A DNA stretch of 64,000 nt. It comes from an uncultured Melioribacter sp. GTDB taxonomy: Bacteria; Bacteroidota; Ignavibacteria; Ignavibacteriales; Melioribacteraceae. The notes below the pieces were generated by a model. The model was not told where the DNA came from. It did not search any database and saw only the letters and a list, made by a program, of their open reading frames with translations. The stretch is taken from contig CAZHHG010000001.1 in NCBI GenBank assembly GCA_964532065.1, forward strand, positions 35,811 through 99,810, in the 5' to 3' direction. Positions within the stretch are counted from its first letter, which is position 1. Each line of letters begins with the position of its first letter. A program made the position numbers and the translations under genes. Of this stretch, positions 8,894-19,127 are shown one piece after another.

Positions 8894-10036
8894 TTAATTA
8901 CTCATCAGATTTGAAAAGAAGCGCATATTCTTAGAAGATGAATTGCTAATAATTATTTTAATTACGGCTGTAAGGGGCACCGAAAGGAACATACCGATTA
9001 TGCCCCATATGTAACCCCAGAGCATCAGCGAAAAAAGTATAACAAGCGGATTTAAACCGAGTCGGTCCCCGAATATCTTCGGTTCAATAATGTTCCCTAT
9101 TATATTCTGAATAAGTATAAGAGTCGCCATAACTAGAAGAGCATATCCGAAAGATTCATATTGTAGCAGCGTCATCAACGTGATAAACATTACAGCTATT
9201 ACAGAACCGATGTTGGGAATAAAATTTAACAGGATCGTGAGAACCGCCCATATAATAAAGAATTCAACGCCGAACAACCATGTAACGGTTCCAACGATTA
9301 CTCCGAGAAATAGACTTATCACGAATTTTGTGATTATATATTTCTGGACTTTCTCGGTTATATCTTTGAATGTTTTCTGGAGCTTCGATTCCCGTTGAAT
9401 AGTCATCGTAGCAAGATCTTCATCATATGTAGAATACTGTTCCGACTCAGATTCTTTACTGTGTAATTCTTTCTTTAATTTCTTAAGCGAGGTTTTAACT
9501 CCCTTTTCAACATATCGAACCCTGATTGCCTCAACAATTCTGTCGTGCCCGCTGCTTATAAAGATAAAGAAGAAGAGTATTAAGAATATATATGTAACAA
9601 CATCAAGTGTTGAGGAAAAAACACCTCCGGCCAACCCTGTAAGATCGGATGAACTGATAAAATTGAATAAATTAAAATCACTAAGAGTTTTTTCTTCAAT
9701 TCCTATTGAACCGGCTGCCTGCACTATCAAATTGTTCAGTTTAACTTCAAACAGAGGAAGCTTTTTTCCAAACTCAATAAATGCATCTACTACAAGTTTC
9801 GATGCAATCCAGATAAATCCAATTGATATAAGAATGTTTATAAATATAGAAATGCCGTGCGGAATCCTGATTTTTAATAAAAGTTTGTTTAGAGGCTCGA
9901 ATAGAAAAAAGAGGAAATAGGCAATAACAAGAGGGAGAAAAATATGCTGAAGCTCCCTAAGGACAAATAGAATAATAATAATTCCAAGGACCGAAATAAA
10001 AAATTTAATTACAGGATCTGTTCCGGTCTTTTTCAT
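8894..10036 (-). CDS. AI-2E family (PerM/UPF0118) transporter
   Basis: 380 aa with multiple TM helices. The C-terminal pattern IFGDRLGLNPLVILFSLMLWGYIWGIIGMFLSVPLT is typical of the family. A ~60-aa charged insertion lies mid-protein. Confidence 0.85.
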   Translation of the reverse strand: MKKTGTDPVIKFFISVLGIIIILFVLRELQHIFLPLVIAYFLFFLFEPLNKLLLKIRIPHGISIFINILISIGFIWIASKLVVDAFIEFGKKLPLFEVKLNNLIVQAAGSIGIEEKTLSDFNLFNFISSSDLTGLAGGVFSSTLDVVTYIFLILFFFIFISSGHDRIVEAIRVRYVEKGVKTSLKKLKKELHSKESESEQYSTYDEDLATMTIQRESKLQKTFKDITEKVQKYIITKFVISLFLGVIVGTVTWLFGVEFFIIWAVLTILLNFIPNIGSVIAVMFITLMTLLQYESFGYALLVMATLILIQNIIGNIIEPKIFGDRLGLNPLVILFSLMLWGYIWGIIGMFLSVPLTAVIKIIISNSSSKNMRFFSNLMSN

Positions 10037-10143
10037 ATCTATACCCTCTTTGGTAACTTAAAATAATCAAAAAATGAGATTTTTCTATAGATTAAATTTC
10101 TTAAATTAAAGTCCGGATAAGTCAGCTAACACTATAGCGGGGT

Positions 10144-11517
10144 ATGTGCTTGAAAAAAAATGTTCGTTTAACACTATTTCTTCTCTTCTCATTTTCCTTA
10201 TTTATTTCTCAGGGCTGTGAAAATCACGAAAGTCCCAACCTATTAGATGAACCGGTAACTTTCCAGCCGCCGGACTGGAGTTATAACGCGACAATATATG
10301 AAGTAAACGTGCGACAATACACTAAAGAAGGAACATTCAAAGCTTTTGCCGATCATCTTCCAAGATTAAAGGAGATGGGAGTTGATATACTCTGGTTTAT
10401 GCCCGTTCATCCGATTGGAGTTAAGAACAGGAAAGGAAGTCTCGGCAGTTATTATTCAGTACAAAATTTTAAAGATGTTAATCCGGAATTCGGAACCCTT
10501 CAGGATTTCAAATCCTTAGTTGAAAGTGCTCATCAGCTCGGTATGTATGTTATTCTAGACTGGGTTGCAAACCATACTTCCTGGGACAATGTTTGGGTTG
10601 AATCTAATCCTGAATTTTACACACGAGATAATCAAGGCAACTTTGTTTCCCCATTTGACTGGACAGATGTAATAGACCTTAATTATGAAAATAAAGAACT
10701 CTGGAACAGCATGCGCGACGCGATGAAATTCTGGGTTGATGAATACGATATTGACGGCTTCAGGTGCGATGTAGCCGCGATGGTTCCTCTCGAATTCTGG
10801 AAGTGGCTTCGTCCCCAACTTGAAACTAATAAGCCGCTTTTTATGCTTGCAGAGGCTCATGAACCTGAACTTCACAATGCATTCGATATGACTTATAACT
10901 GGCAGCTGAAAGATCTATTCGTGGGAATTGCCGAGGGTAGGAAGAGCGGAGCCGATCTGCACCGGTATTTTTCAGAGGAAAAAACTACCTATCCTTCCGG
11001 TTCTTTCCGGATGACCTTCACAACAAACCACGATGAAAACTCATGGCATGGGACAGATAATGAGAGATTCGGCGATTTTGCAAAGCAATTTGCGGTAATT
11101 TCCTGCCTGGTAAATGGCATGCCTCTTGTATACTCGGGAATGGAGGGGGGCTTGAACAAGAGACTCGCTTTCTTTGAAAAAGATCCGATCGAATGGAAAA
11201 CAAGCGAGTATAGTTCAATCTATTCCAAACTTTTCGAATTAAAAAAAGAAAATAAAGCTCTCTGGAACGGAATGAAGGGAGGTGAAATGCTGGCGGTCGA
11301 TTCAGATGACCCTGACATTTTTGCGTTTATTAGAAATAAGGATGAGAACAAAGTATTTGCCCTCTTCAATTTATCCGGGAATCAAAAGAAAATTAATATA
11401 AGTAATGATCTAATTAAAGGTGAGTATAATAATCTGTTTACCGGTGAAAGCAAGACAATTGAACGGGAATTGATCTTAACAGTTGAACCGTATTCATATT
11501 TAGTCTTATACCGGTAA
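10144..11517 (+). CDS. GH13 alpha-amylase-family glycosidase, lipoprotein
   Basis: 457 aa with a lipobox (LFISQGC). The four GH13 conserved regions are present: ILDWVANHTS, DGFRCDVAAM, FMLAEAHE, FTTNHDE. Confidence 0.88.
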   Translation: MCLKKNVRLTLFLLFSFSLFISQGCENHESPNLLDEPVTFQPPDWSYNATIYEVNVRQYTKEGTFKAFADHLPRLKEMGVDILWFMPVHPIGVKNRKGSLGSYYSVQNFKDVNPEFGTLQDFKSLVESAHQLGMYVILDWVANHTSWDNVWVESNPEFYTRDNQGNFVSPFDWTDVIDLNYENKELWNSMRDAMKFWVDEYDIDGFRCDVAAMVPLEFWKWLRPQLETNKPLFMLAEAHEPELHNAFDMTYNWQLKDLFVGIAEGRKSGADLHRYFSEEKTTYPSGSFRMTFTTNHDENSWHGTDNERFGDFAKQFAVISCLVNGMPLVYSGMEGGLNKRLAFFEKDPIEWKTSEYSSIYSKLFELKKENKALWNGMKGGEMLAVDSDDPDIFAFIRNKDENKVFALFNLSGNQKKINISNDLIKGEYNNLFTGESKTIERELILTVEPYSYLVLYR

Positions 11518-11544
11518 TTTATCGAAATCGGAAAATTATTCTGA

Positions 11545-14088
11545 ATGGGTCATCGAAGTAAAATCGGCAAAACATCAAAAGGATTATATTTTTTCATCCT
11601 TATTGCGGGAGTCCTGGTATCCGTTGCGGTTCTCTATATTATGCTTCTGGGATTCAGGATAAATTTTATTTTCAGCAACCTTATCGATTCGGCCACAAAA
11701 GTGAAGTTAAGCGTTGCCAATGCTAAGTTTGAATTCTTTAACAGTTCAATTGACACAACAAACACATCTCTGATAAACGCCTGGGAACACCTCAGTTTTG
11801 CCGAACTCTATGCCGGAAAGCTGCTTGAACAGAGGGATCAGATGGCAATAATTGCTCTACCGGTTTCCAACAAAGATATTCAGGTGAAAGTACAGAAACT
11901 TCAAACCAATCTGCTTGAGTACAGAGGGGTTTCAAGTTCGCTCTTAAAAAGTAAAATAAAATCCGATCCTAAAGCAGAACATCTTTTTAAAAATATAGTT
12001 GTCATCTCGGACGATATCGAGAATGATGTACGCAATCTTCTCAATTCCGAAATTCAGATTTTCAGAATTTCATTATTCGGGCTCATCGGTTTTTGCGTAG
12101 TGCTACCGTTTGTAACGGTATTTATTTTTTATCGTTCTGAGAAACAGCGCAATGCCTTTATTAAACAGATTGAAACAGCAAGTATTACGCTCGAAAAAGG
12201 TCTCCATAAAAAAACCCGGGTTGAAGAAGAACTTCAGGAAACGCAGCGCCAGCTGACGACACTAATCCAGAATCTTCCCGGTATGGTTTACAGATGCAAA
12301 TATGATGCGGAATGGACAATGGAATTTGTTAGCGATAAATCCTATCAGATTACCGGATACAAACCTGCAGATCTAATCGACAACCGGACAGTCTCATATT
12401 ATGAATTAATTCATCAGCAGGAGAGGGTCAAAATATGGGATCAGATCCAGAAAGCTGTTGAGCAGAGAAAGACATACCAGCTGGTATATAGAATTACAAC
12501 CGCCTCAGGATACGAAAAATGGGTCTGGGAGGAAGGTGTGGGTATCTTTTCCGATGAGGATGAACTGGTAGCACTGGAAGGTTTTATAACCGATATTACA
12601 GAACAGAAAATTGTTGAGGATCAGCTTCAACTACAGAGTAATGCTCTGGAGGCTGCAGCAAACGGAATCGTAATTACAGATAAAAATACTAATCTCATTT
12701 GGGCTAACAGCGCCTTCTGGAATCTGACCGGTTATGCACTCAGCGATTTTTCCGACGGACGAATTAACGTCTTTAAATCCGACCAGCACGATCTCTCTTA
12801 TTACGAACATATGTGGGATACAATTAAGAACGGGGATATCTGGCGCGGCGAGATGATAAATAAGAAGAAAGACGGTTCGGTCTATTTCGAGGAAATGACA
12901 ATTACTCCGATCCGTAATTCTTTACATGAAATAATTTATTACGTTGCAATTAAACAGGATATTACCGAACGTAAAAAGTCTGAAGAAGCCCTGCGGGAAA
13001 ATGAGTTCCGGTTCAGAGGTCTCTTCGAAAACGCTACGGTGGGAATTTACAGAACATCACTGGCAGGTAAGATTTTAATGGCAAATCCGACGCTGCTAAG
13101 AATTCTAGGTTACGATTCGCTAGATGAAATTTCTAAAATTGACGCCAGAGATTCATACGCCGATCCCAACACGAGATCTGTTTTTATAAAAGAACTGAAC
13201 CTGAAAAACAAAGTTGTGGGCTTTGAATCAAAATGGAAGAAAAAGGACGGAACAATTATTTATGTAAGAGAGAGTGCGCGCCTGGTGAAGGATGAAGATG
13301 ATAAACCTCTTTACTATGAGGGAACCGTTGAAGATATAACGGATAAGAAGATTGCCGAAGAACAGCTGATAAGCGCAAAGGAACGTGCCGAACAATCGGA
13401 CCGGCTCAAATCCGAATTTCTTGCCCAGATGTCGCACGAAATAAGAACACCCTTAAATGTTATTCTCAGCTTTACGAGCATGATGAAGGATGAGCTGCAG
13501 GACCAGGTTGATGAGGATCTGAAAAAAGGATTCGATGTTATCGACGAAGAAGGAAAGAGAATTATGCGTACGATTGAATTGATTATTAATATGTCCGAAC
13601 TTCAAACCGGCTCATACAATTTCAGAGCAAAGGAATTCGATATCCATAAGGATATTATAAACAAGCATTACGATGCTTATCTCCCGGTTGCAAAGCAGAA
13701 AAAAATTGCGTTCAATGTTGTCGCAAATACGGATAAGACTATGGTGACGGCTGACGAATACTCTACCAACCAGATCTTCTACCACCTGATTGATAATGCA
13801 ATAAAATATACTCAGACCGGCAAGGTTGAAATCAGCCTTGAGCTTGATCCCAGAAATAACCTCTATGTTGATGTCTCCGATACAGGAATAGGAATTTCCG
13901 AAGAATATATGGGAATGTTATTTACTCCGTTTACCCGTGAAGAAAAAGGATATACAAGAAATTACGAAGGAAACGGTCTGGGTCTCGCACTCGTAAAAAA
14001 ATACTGCGAATTGAATCATGCGGAAATTAAAGTTACAAGTCGCAAAGGAAAAGGATCTGTATTTAGAGTTACCTTCCAGAAAAAATAA
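11545..14088 (+). CDS. Multi-PAS sensor histidine kinase (no receiver domain)
   Basis: 847 aa. Two TM helices flank an N-terminal sensor region, followed by several PAS/PAC repeats. The H-box is SHEIRTPLN, and the HATPase_c boxes are DNAIKYT, DTGIGI and GNGLGLALV. No response-regulator gene is present in the window. Confidence 0.9.
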   Translation: MGHRSKIGKTSKGLYFFILIAGVLVSVAVLYIMLLGFRINFIFSNLIDSATKVKLSVANAKFEFFNSSIDTTNTSLINAWEHLSFAELYAGKLLEQRDQMAIIALPVSNKDIQVKVQKLQTNLLEYRGVSSSLLKSKIKSDPKAEHLFKNIVVISDDIENDVRNLLNSEIQIFRISLFGLIGFCVVLPFVTVFIFYRSEKQRNAFIKQIETASITLEKGLHKKTRVEEELQETQRQLTTLIQNLPGMVYRCKYDAEWTMEFVSDKSYQITGYKPADLIDNRTVSYYELIHQQERVKIWDQIQKAVEQRKTYQLVYRITTASGYEKWVWEEGVGIFSDEDELVALEGFITDITEQKIVEDQLQLQSNALEAAANGIVITDKNTNLIWANSAFWNLTGYALSDFSDGRINVFKSDQHDLSYYEHMWDTIKNGDIWRGEMINKKKDGSVYFEEMTITPIRNSLHEIIYYVAIKQDITERKKSEEALRENEFRFRGLFENATVGIYRTSLAGKILMANPTLLRILGYDSLDEISKIDARDSYADPNTRSVFIKELNLKNKVVGFESKWKKKDGTIIYVRESARLVKDEDDKPLYYEGTVEDITDKKIAEEQLISAKERAEQSDRLKSEFLAQMSHEIRTPLNVILSFTSMMKDELQDQVDEDLKKGFDVIDEEGKRIMRTIELIINMSELQTGSYNFRAKEFDIHKDIINKHYDAYLPVAKQKKIAFNVVANTDKTMVTADEYSTNQIFYHLIDNAIKYTQTGKVEISLELDPRNNLYVDVSDTGIGISEEYMGMLFTPFTREEKGYTRNYEGNGLGLALVKKYCELNHAEIKVTSRKGKGSVFRVTFQKK

Positions 14089-14098
14089 CCGTTAAGCA

Positions 14099-14665
14099 AT
14101 GAAATTAAAAATTCTTCCGTTAACCGGAAGCAGATGGAATGATTTTGAAATTCTATTCGGACTCAATGGAGCCTGCGGAGGATGCTGGTGTATGTGGTGG
14201 CGTATTAAGAGATCCGAATTCAACAGATCCAAAGGCAGCGGCAATAAAAGAAAGATGAAAAAAATTGTGGAGGCCGGAACCGTTCCCGGACTTCTTGTTT
14301 ACTGCGGTAATAAAATTATCGGATGGTGTTCTTTAGCCCCGCGTGAGGAATTCCCTGTTCTGGCTAATTCAAGAATTCTAAAACCTGTTGATGACTTAAA
14401 GGTCTGGTCGATTGTCTGTTTTTTTATCGATAAAGATTTCCGCGGTAAAGGAATTTTAACTGAAGTTATAAAAAAAGTAATTGAATATGCGCGGAAGAAA
14501 AAAGTCGGAATTCTTGAAAGCTACCCGGTCGAACCTAAAAAAGGGAATATCCCTTCAGTATTTGCATGGACCGGATTTGCATCGGCTTTCAGAAAAGCCG
14601 GATTTATAGAATGCGCCCGGAGATCTGAAACCCGGCCAATTATGAGATATTTTATTCAACAATAA
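14099..14665 (+). CDS. GNAT-family N-acetyltransferase
   Basis: 188 aa. It has an acetyl-CoA-binding-like FRGKGILT segment and a Cys/Trp-rich N-terminal motif GACGGCWCMWWR. It starts 10 nt after the kinase stop. Confidence 0.75.
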   Translation: MKLKILPLTGSRWNDFEILFGLNGACGGCWCMWWRIKRSEFNRSKGSGNKRKMKKIVEAGTVPGLLVYCGNKIIGWCSLAPREEFPVLANSRILKPVDDLKVWSIVCFFIDKDFRGKGILTEVIKKVIEYARKKKVGILESYPVEPKKGNIPSVFAWTGFASAFRKAGFIECARRSETRPIMRYFIQQ

Positions 14666-14675
14666 TGGATAAAAA

Positions 14676-15194
14676 ATGAGAACTAAAATCGTCTTTTCTA
14701 TTCTACTTTTATTCGCCTCAACATTCGTGACCGCCCAGGATGATATTGAGAAATCGACACTTCTTAAAAAAGGAGATCGGATGCCTGCCTTCACGGCAGA
14801 AGCTTTATCGGGTGAATCCGTCTCTTCCGGAAAACTTACCGGTAAGGTTATTCTAATCAACTTCTGGGCTACCTGGTGTGGGCCGTGCCGTGCTGAGTTT
14901 CCGCACCTTCAAAAAGATATTTACGATTCTATTAAGGATCCCGATTTTCTTGTTATGGCAATTTCCCGCGGTGAAGTAGCCGATACTGTCAGGAAATTTA
15001 TCGACAGGAATAAATATACCTTCCCTATTTATGTTGATAAAGAAGCCAAAGTTTATAATCTCTTCGCGAATAAATACATACCACGTAATTTTGTTATAGG
15101 CAAAGACGGAAAGATCAAATGGGTTTCAACGGGATTTCAAAAAGAAGAATTCTATGAAATGGTTGGATTGATTAAGGAAGAATTAAAAAAATAA
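14676..15194 (+). CDS. TlpA/ResA-like secreted thiol-disulfide oxidoreductase (thioredoxin fold)
   Basis: 172 aa with a signal peptide, the WATWCGPC active site and AhpC/TSA-redoxin-type spacing. Confidence 0.88.
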   Translation: MRTKIVFSILLLFASTFVTAQDDIEKSTLLKKGDRMPAFTAEALSGESVSSGKLTGKVILINFWATWCGPCRAEFPHLQKDIYDSIKDPDFLVMAISRGEVADTVRKFIDRNKYTFPIYVDKEAKVYNLFANKYIPRNFVIGKDGKIKWVSTGFQKEEFYEMVGLIKEELKK

Positions 15195-15205
15195 ATCTGA
15201 CAGAA

Positions 15206-15245
15206 GGATCTTCAGCCGGAAAGCAGGTTGAAGATCCGGATTTAT
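15206..15245. terminator. Hairpin terminator between convergent genes
   Basis: GGATCTTCA (15206-15214) pairs with TGAAGATCC (15229-15237). An A-rich run lies on the left and GGATTTATTCTGT on the right. It sits between the + gene ending at 15194 and the - gene ending at 15251. Confidence 0.55.
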
Positions 15246-15250
15246 TCTGT

Positions 15251-16396
15251 CTACTTCATTATTAAGTAGTGGAATATCTCATCATTGTTCACAACAGCGA
15301 TCCCTTTGTTTATCAGGTTCCTGCCCGTCTTTTCAGCAATAATATTATAGATCCAGAAAACCCATTCCCGGAAATTGACTTCCTCTTTGTATTTTGATTG
15401 TAAATATTCTTTTACAAAAATCGGCCGCTGTTTATCTAGATAACCAACCAATGATTCGGAGATGATTCCGGCGATCTCAAAAAGTCTTATATTATCCTGA
15501 CTCGAAATAAATTGCAGTTTCAGCTGACTATTCCTTAGGATTCCGTATTTATTCAATCCGGCCGAATAAGATGGATTTGCCGTGGATAGTTCGCCGTTAT
15601 AAAACCGGACCAGGTCACCGAGCAGTTCTTTTTTGAAATCCAGCGGATCCGCAGATTGTTTCATACCGAAATCTCTGATCAATTGATCCGCACCCGCATC
15701 GAACAGATTATTTTCCTGACTCATCATTCCAAAGCTGCAAAAATAGTATCCATTCAATTCAATAGATCTGTTTACTGCCCATTTATTTATTCCAGTATTA
15801 TCGGAATTAGCCTGGCGCAGGAATAAATAATACCTGTCCGTTATTCTCTGTGTTGGTTCCGCCCGTATAAATCTCTCTTCAATATTTTTAATCTGCCATT
15901 TCGCCAGCATAACGTTATAGAGTATGAAGAAAGAGGCCTCTTCGAAAGAAAGATTGGAAAACGAATCAATCCGGTCAAAAGATTTTTTAATTAACGGAAG
16001 TTGTTCAATTATTATTGAGGCAATATCCTCACTCATGCCGGTAGTAAACCTGTCAATAACAATTTCGTCTTCGTTTCCGGCTACCATGCATGCCGGTATA
16101 AAGTTACCGTCATCTTTCCGCTTAATTAATCCCTCCGCAAACAGAGAATTTATCAGCTGATCGAATTCTGTTTTTCCGATACGAAGATTTTCTAAAATTG
16201 ATTCTTCATCAATCCTGTTGTGGAGAAGAATAAGCAGTTGGGCAGTTTTCTTATTTTCCATAAATACTGATGGAAGTTCCTTCTGAGGGTATACTTCAAT
16301 TGCAGTTTTGCCTTTAAGCAGTTCTGAAAGATCCTTCTTCGAAGTACACGAGACAAGGATTAAAAGAAAAACTAAGGCGGCAGTAATTCTTTTCAT
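15251..16396 (-). CDS. Hypothetical lipoprotein (no family recognised)
   Basis: 381 aa with a lipoprotein signal (LLILVSC). It starts 7 nt downstream of the O-methyltransferase stop, so it is probably co-transcribed. Residues ~48-105 (KKTAQLLILLHNRIDEESILENLRIGKTEFDQLINSLFAEGLIKRKDDGNFIP) look winged-helix-like. Confidence 0.7.
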   Translation of the reverse strand: MKRITAALVFLLILVSCTSKKDLSELLKGKTAIEVYPQKELPSVFMENKKTAQLLILLHNRIDEESILENLRIGKTEFDQLINSLFAEGLIKRKDDGNFIPACMVAGNEDEIVIDRFTTGMSEDIASIIIEQLPLIKKSFDRIDSFSNLSFEEASFFILYNVMLAKWQIKNIEERFIRAEPTQRITDRYYLFLRQANSDNTGINKWAVNRSIELNGYYFCSFGMMSQENNLFDAGADQLIRDFGMKQSADPLDFKKELLGDLVRFYNGELSTANPSYSAGLNKYGILRNSQLKLQFISSQDNIRLFEIAGIISESLVGYLDKQRPIFVKEYLQSKYKEEVNFREWVFWIYNIIAEKTGRNLINKGIAVVNNDEIFHYLIMK

Positions 16397-16403
16397 TTTT
16401 TTC

Positions 16404-17399
16404 TTATTTATTTTTTCTACCTATTAGAAGATGCGAGCCGAAACTTGTTTCTTTTTTCACCACATCGGTAATTCCCGCATATTTAAACCACTCGGTCATT
16501 TCATGTTCCGTAAACGTATCGCCGCATTCGGTTGCAACAAGCATATTGAGTGCAAAGAATGCGCCCGTTATCGGTTCGATCCTGTTTTCCTTCATTATAA
16601 AATCCCGGATGATAATCTGTCCGCCCGGATTCAGTGCGGCGGCACATCTGTTAATCAGTTCCTTATTCTGATTGTTACTGTTGATATGAACTATGGCAGA
16701 AAGGAAAATCATGTCGTAGCCATTTCCGAAATCATCGGTCAGATAATTCCCTTCAAGATACTGAACTCTATCATTCGTACCGGATTCAGATCCGTATTTT
16801 CTGGTAATCGGAATAACCTCCGGTAAATCGAAAATCACTGCAGACATAAGAGGATTAGTAGAAAGGAATTGATATGAGAAGGCTCCTGAGCCGCCGCCGA
16901 CATCGAGCATCCTGTTAACGCCATTAAAATCGATGATCATCGAAATAATTTTGGCCTCATGCTGCGCCCTGTAGTGCATTGCAGATATAAAATCCTCGCG
17001 CCAATTCTCTTTTTTAGATTCAATTCTTTTGTAAACGGACGTTCCCTGTCTAACCGATTCTGTAAGCGTACTCCATGAATCCCAGATGTGATTAGTATGA
17101 TGAAGATTTCCCATGTAATCCGGTTTCCCTTTTACAAGATACTTTTTCGATAATTCCGAATTATAAAATTTACCGTGAAGTTTTTTTAACAGCCCTATTG
17201 AGGTTAGCGCATTCATTAAACGGTCGGTGGCCCTCGGGTCCGATCCGATTTTTTCAGCAACTTCCGCAGAAGGCAAAAGATGAGTATCGATTATAGTAAA
17301 TATTCCCAGTTCAACCGCCGTAAGGAGAGCCCGGCTCTGCTGAAATGAATTTGCAATAATCCGGATGCTTTCCGGAGTAACAGCGTCATTATTCTGCAT
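16404..17399 (-). CDS. Class I SAM-dependent O-methyltransferase (Methyltransf_2 / CrtF-BchU-ASMT-like, with N-terminal dimerisation wHTH)
   Basis: 331 aa. It has an N-terminal winged-helix dimerisation region, SAM motif I (MLDVGGGSGAF), and an acidic FDLPEV motif II spaced as in small-molecule O-methyltransferases. Confidence 0.85.
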   Translation of the reverse strand: MQNNDAVTPESIRIIANSFQQSRALLTAVELGIFTIIDTHLLPSAEVAEKIGSDPRATDRLMNALTSIGLLKKLHGKFYNSELSKKYLVKGKPDYMGNLHHTNHIWDSWSTLTESVRQGTSVYKRIESKKENWREDFISAMHYRAQHEAKIISMIIDFNGVNRMLDVGGGSGAFSYQFLSTNPLMSAVIFDLPEVIPITRKYGSESGTNDRVQYLEGNYLTDDFGNGYDMIFLSAIVHINSNNQNKELINRCAAALNPGGQIIIRDFIMKENRIEPITGAFFALNMLVATECGDTFTEHEMTEWFKYAGITDVVKKETSFGSHLLIGRKNK

Positions 17400-17493
17400 T
17401 CTTAATCCTTTAGTATACGGTACAACAAAAATAATATTTGAATCGCGAGGATGCTCTTTGTTAAACGGAAAAAAGAAGTAAATGGTAATTGAG

Positions 17494-17814
17494 TTAGAGT
17501 TTTCCCTGCTTGTAAAGGAACTGGGTTTTTAAACGGAGCATCTGGCGTTCAATTATCAGATCCGCTATTTTTTCGGTAACTGTCGTCTTATCCCGAGAAT
17601 GTAAAATTTCCTGTACTTTAGATTCACTTACATCAATCCGGTAGAGGCTATTTAAAAAACGGTCGTAATCCCGGGACATCAGAATGGTAATACGTTTAAT
17701 CAGAAAATCTCTTATTACACTCAGGTCGGCGGCAACCGGAAGTGATGATCCTTCAATTGAAAAATCTTTCGATAATTTTGCGATCAGTGCGGTGTAAAGC
17801 TCTTTCTCTTCCAT
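17494..17814 (-). CDS. Hypothetical protein, 106 aa
   Basis: A clean ORF with no competing frame. It appears helical and has no signal peptide. I recognise no family. Confidence 0.55.
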   Translation of the reverse strand: MEEKELYTALIAKLSKDFSIEGSSLPVAADLSVIRDFLIKRITILMSRDYDRFLNSLYRIDVSESKVQEILHSRDKTTVTEKIADLIIERQMLRLKTQFLYKQGKL

Positions 17815-17861
17815 AATATTTCCCGGGACGGGAATAATTCAATCCCCGTCCCGAAAATAAC

Positions 17862-19127
17862 TCAATACTTATATTTAAGCCATTTAATTACCTCGGACCA
17901 TTTAGGTTTTTTCCCGGTTCTCAAAACTCCGATTCTGTAGATTTTGCCCGCCAAGGGAAAAATAGCTATTAATGTTACTATGCTAATAAAAAGAGAGAGC
18001 AGCAGCTGAAAGATTGATACATCCGCAATCGTCATTCTTGCCGGCATTACAATGATATTAGCAAAAGGTACAAATGAAGAAATTCTTGCAATCGCGCTAT
18101 TAGGATTCTCAATCATTGAGAAAGCGATGAAGAACGGAATTATAATCAGCAGCATTACAGGCCATAGACCCGATTGAGCATCCTGAGGGTTATCGAAAAT
18201 AGCCCCGACAGTTGCAAATAGTCCGAGGAATATAACCAATCCTAAAAAGAAGTTGACAAGAAAATAAATTATCTGAAAAGTAGTAAGACTGATAGAAACT
18301 TCCGGTGGAAGCATAAACCACGTAGTTGAAGCAACCATTATTACGGGTGTAAGCCATATTGCCATTTGAAGGAGACCGGTAGCACCGGAACCTAGAATTT
18401 TGCCGATCATCAATTCCCTGGAACTGACTGAAGATAAAATTACTTCAACTATTCTACTCGATTTTTCTTCAATAACAGATTGCATAATCATCTGACCCAT
18501 CATCAACAAACTGATGTAAAGTAAGAAAGTAAAAAGATATGTTAATATTAGACTTCCATAACCAGCTTCTTCAAATCCTTCCTCCTTAGAAACTTTAAAT
18601 CCGGTAACATCCAAACCCTGTCGAGCAAAATTCAACTCTTCCATAGAAAGAGCCCGGTTACTGAAATAAGTATCGATTAAGACTTTGTTTATTGGTCTAT
18701 TCAGCATTTCGGATAAACGGCGGTTTTGAGGGGTCTTTGAATAATATTCAAGTTTTTTATCCTTAAGCGCTGATGCCGGGACATACAGAATTCCGGTTAT
18801 TTTTTCATCCAGAACATCCTGTTTCCTGCTTGTCAGAAAGTCATTAAAATCTTCCCGGTTCATTGTATTGAATTGTAATATCAGAGTTCCTTCTTTTAAT
18901 GCTTCCGAAAGGAGTAATTCCTCCTGCAGTTTGTTTGTCAAGTCTAATGATTCAGAAATAACCGTTACATTAAATTTTGTTGAATCTTCCTTTATTAATA
19001 GAACCTGAATACCGATTAGACCGAACATAAATAGTGGCAACAGGATTGTCATGAGTATAAATCCTTTGGAGATAACTCTTTCTCTCACTTCTCTTTTAAA
19101 GACAGCGATAATTCTATTATTTAACAT
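17862..19127 (-). CDS. ABC-2 type transporter permease (NatB-like)
   Basis: The start was moved to ATG 19125-19127 (MLNNRIIAVFKREV...). It is preceded by AAGGAGG (19134-19140) and overlaps the ATPase stop by 11 nt. One N-terminal TM, a large extracytoplasmic loop and a C-terminal TM bundle match ABC-2/NatB topology. Confidence 0.85.
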   Translation of the reverse strand: MLNNRIIAVFKREVRERVISKGFILMTILLPLFMFGLIGIQVLLIKEDSTKFNVTVISESLDLTNKLQEELLLSEALKEGTLILQFNTMNREDFNDFLTSRKQDVLDEKITGILYVPASALKDKKLEYYSKTPQNRRLSEMLNRPINKVLIDTYFSNRALSMEELNFARQGLDVTGFKVSKEEGFEEAGYGSLILTYLFTFLLYISLLMMGQMIMQSVIEEKSSRIVEVILSSVSSRELMIGKILGSGATGLLQMAIWLTPVIMVASTTWFMLPPEVSISLTTFQIIYFLVNFFLGLVIFLGLFATVGAIFDNPQDAQSGLWPVMLLIIIPFFIAFSMIENPNSAIARISSFVPFANIIVMPARMTIADVSIFQLLLSLFISIVTLIAIFPLAGKIYRIGVLRTGKKPKWSEVIKWLKYKY

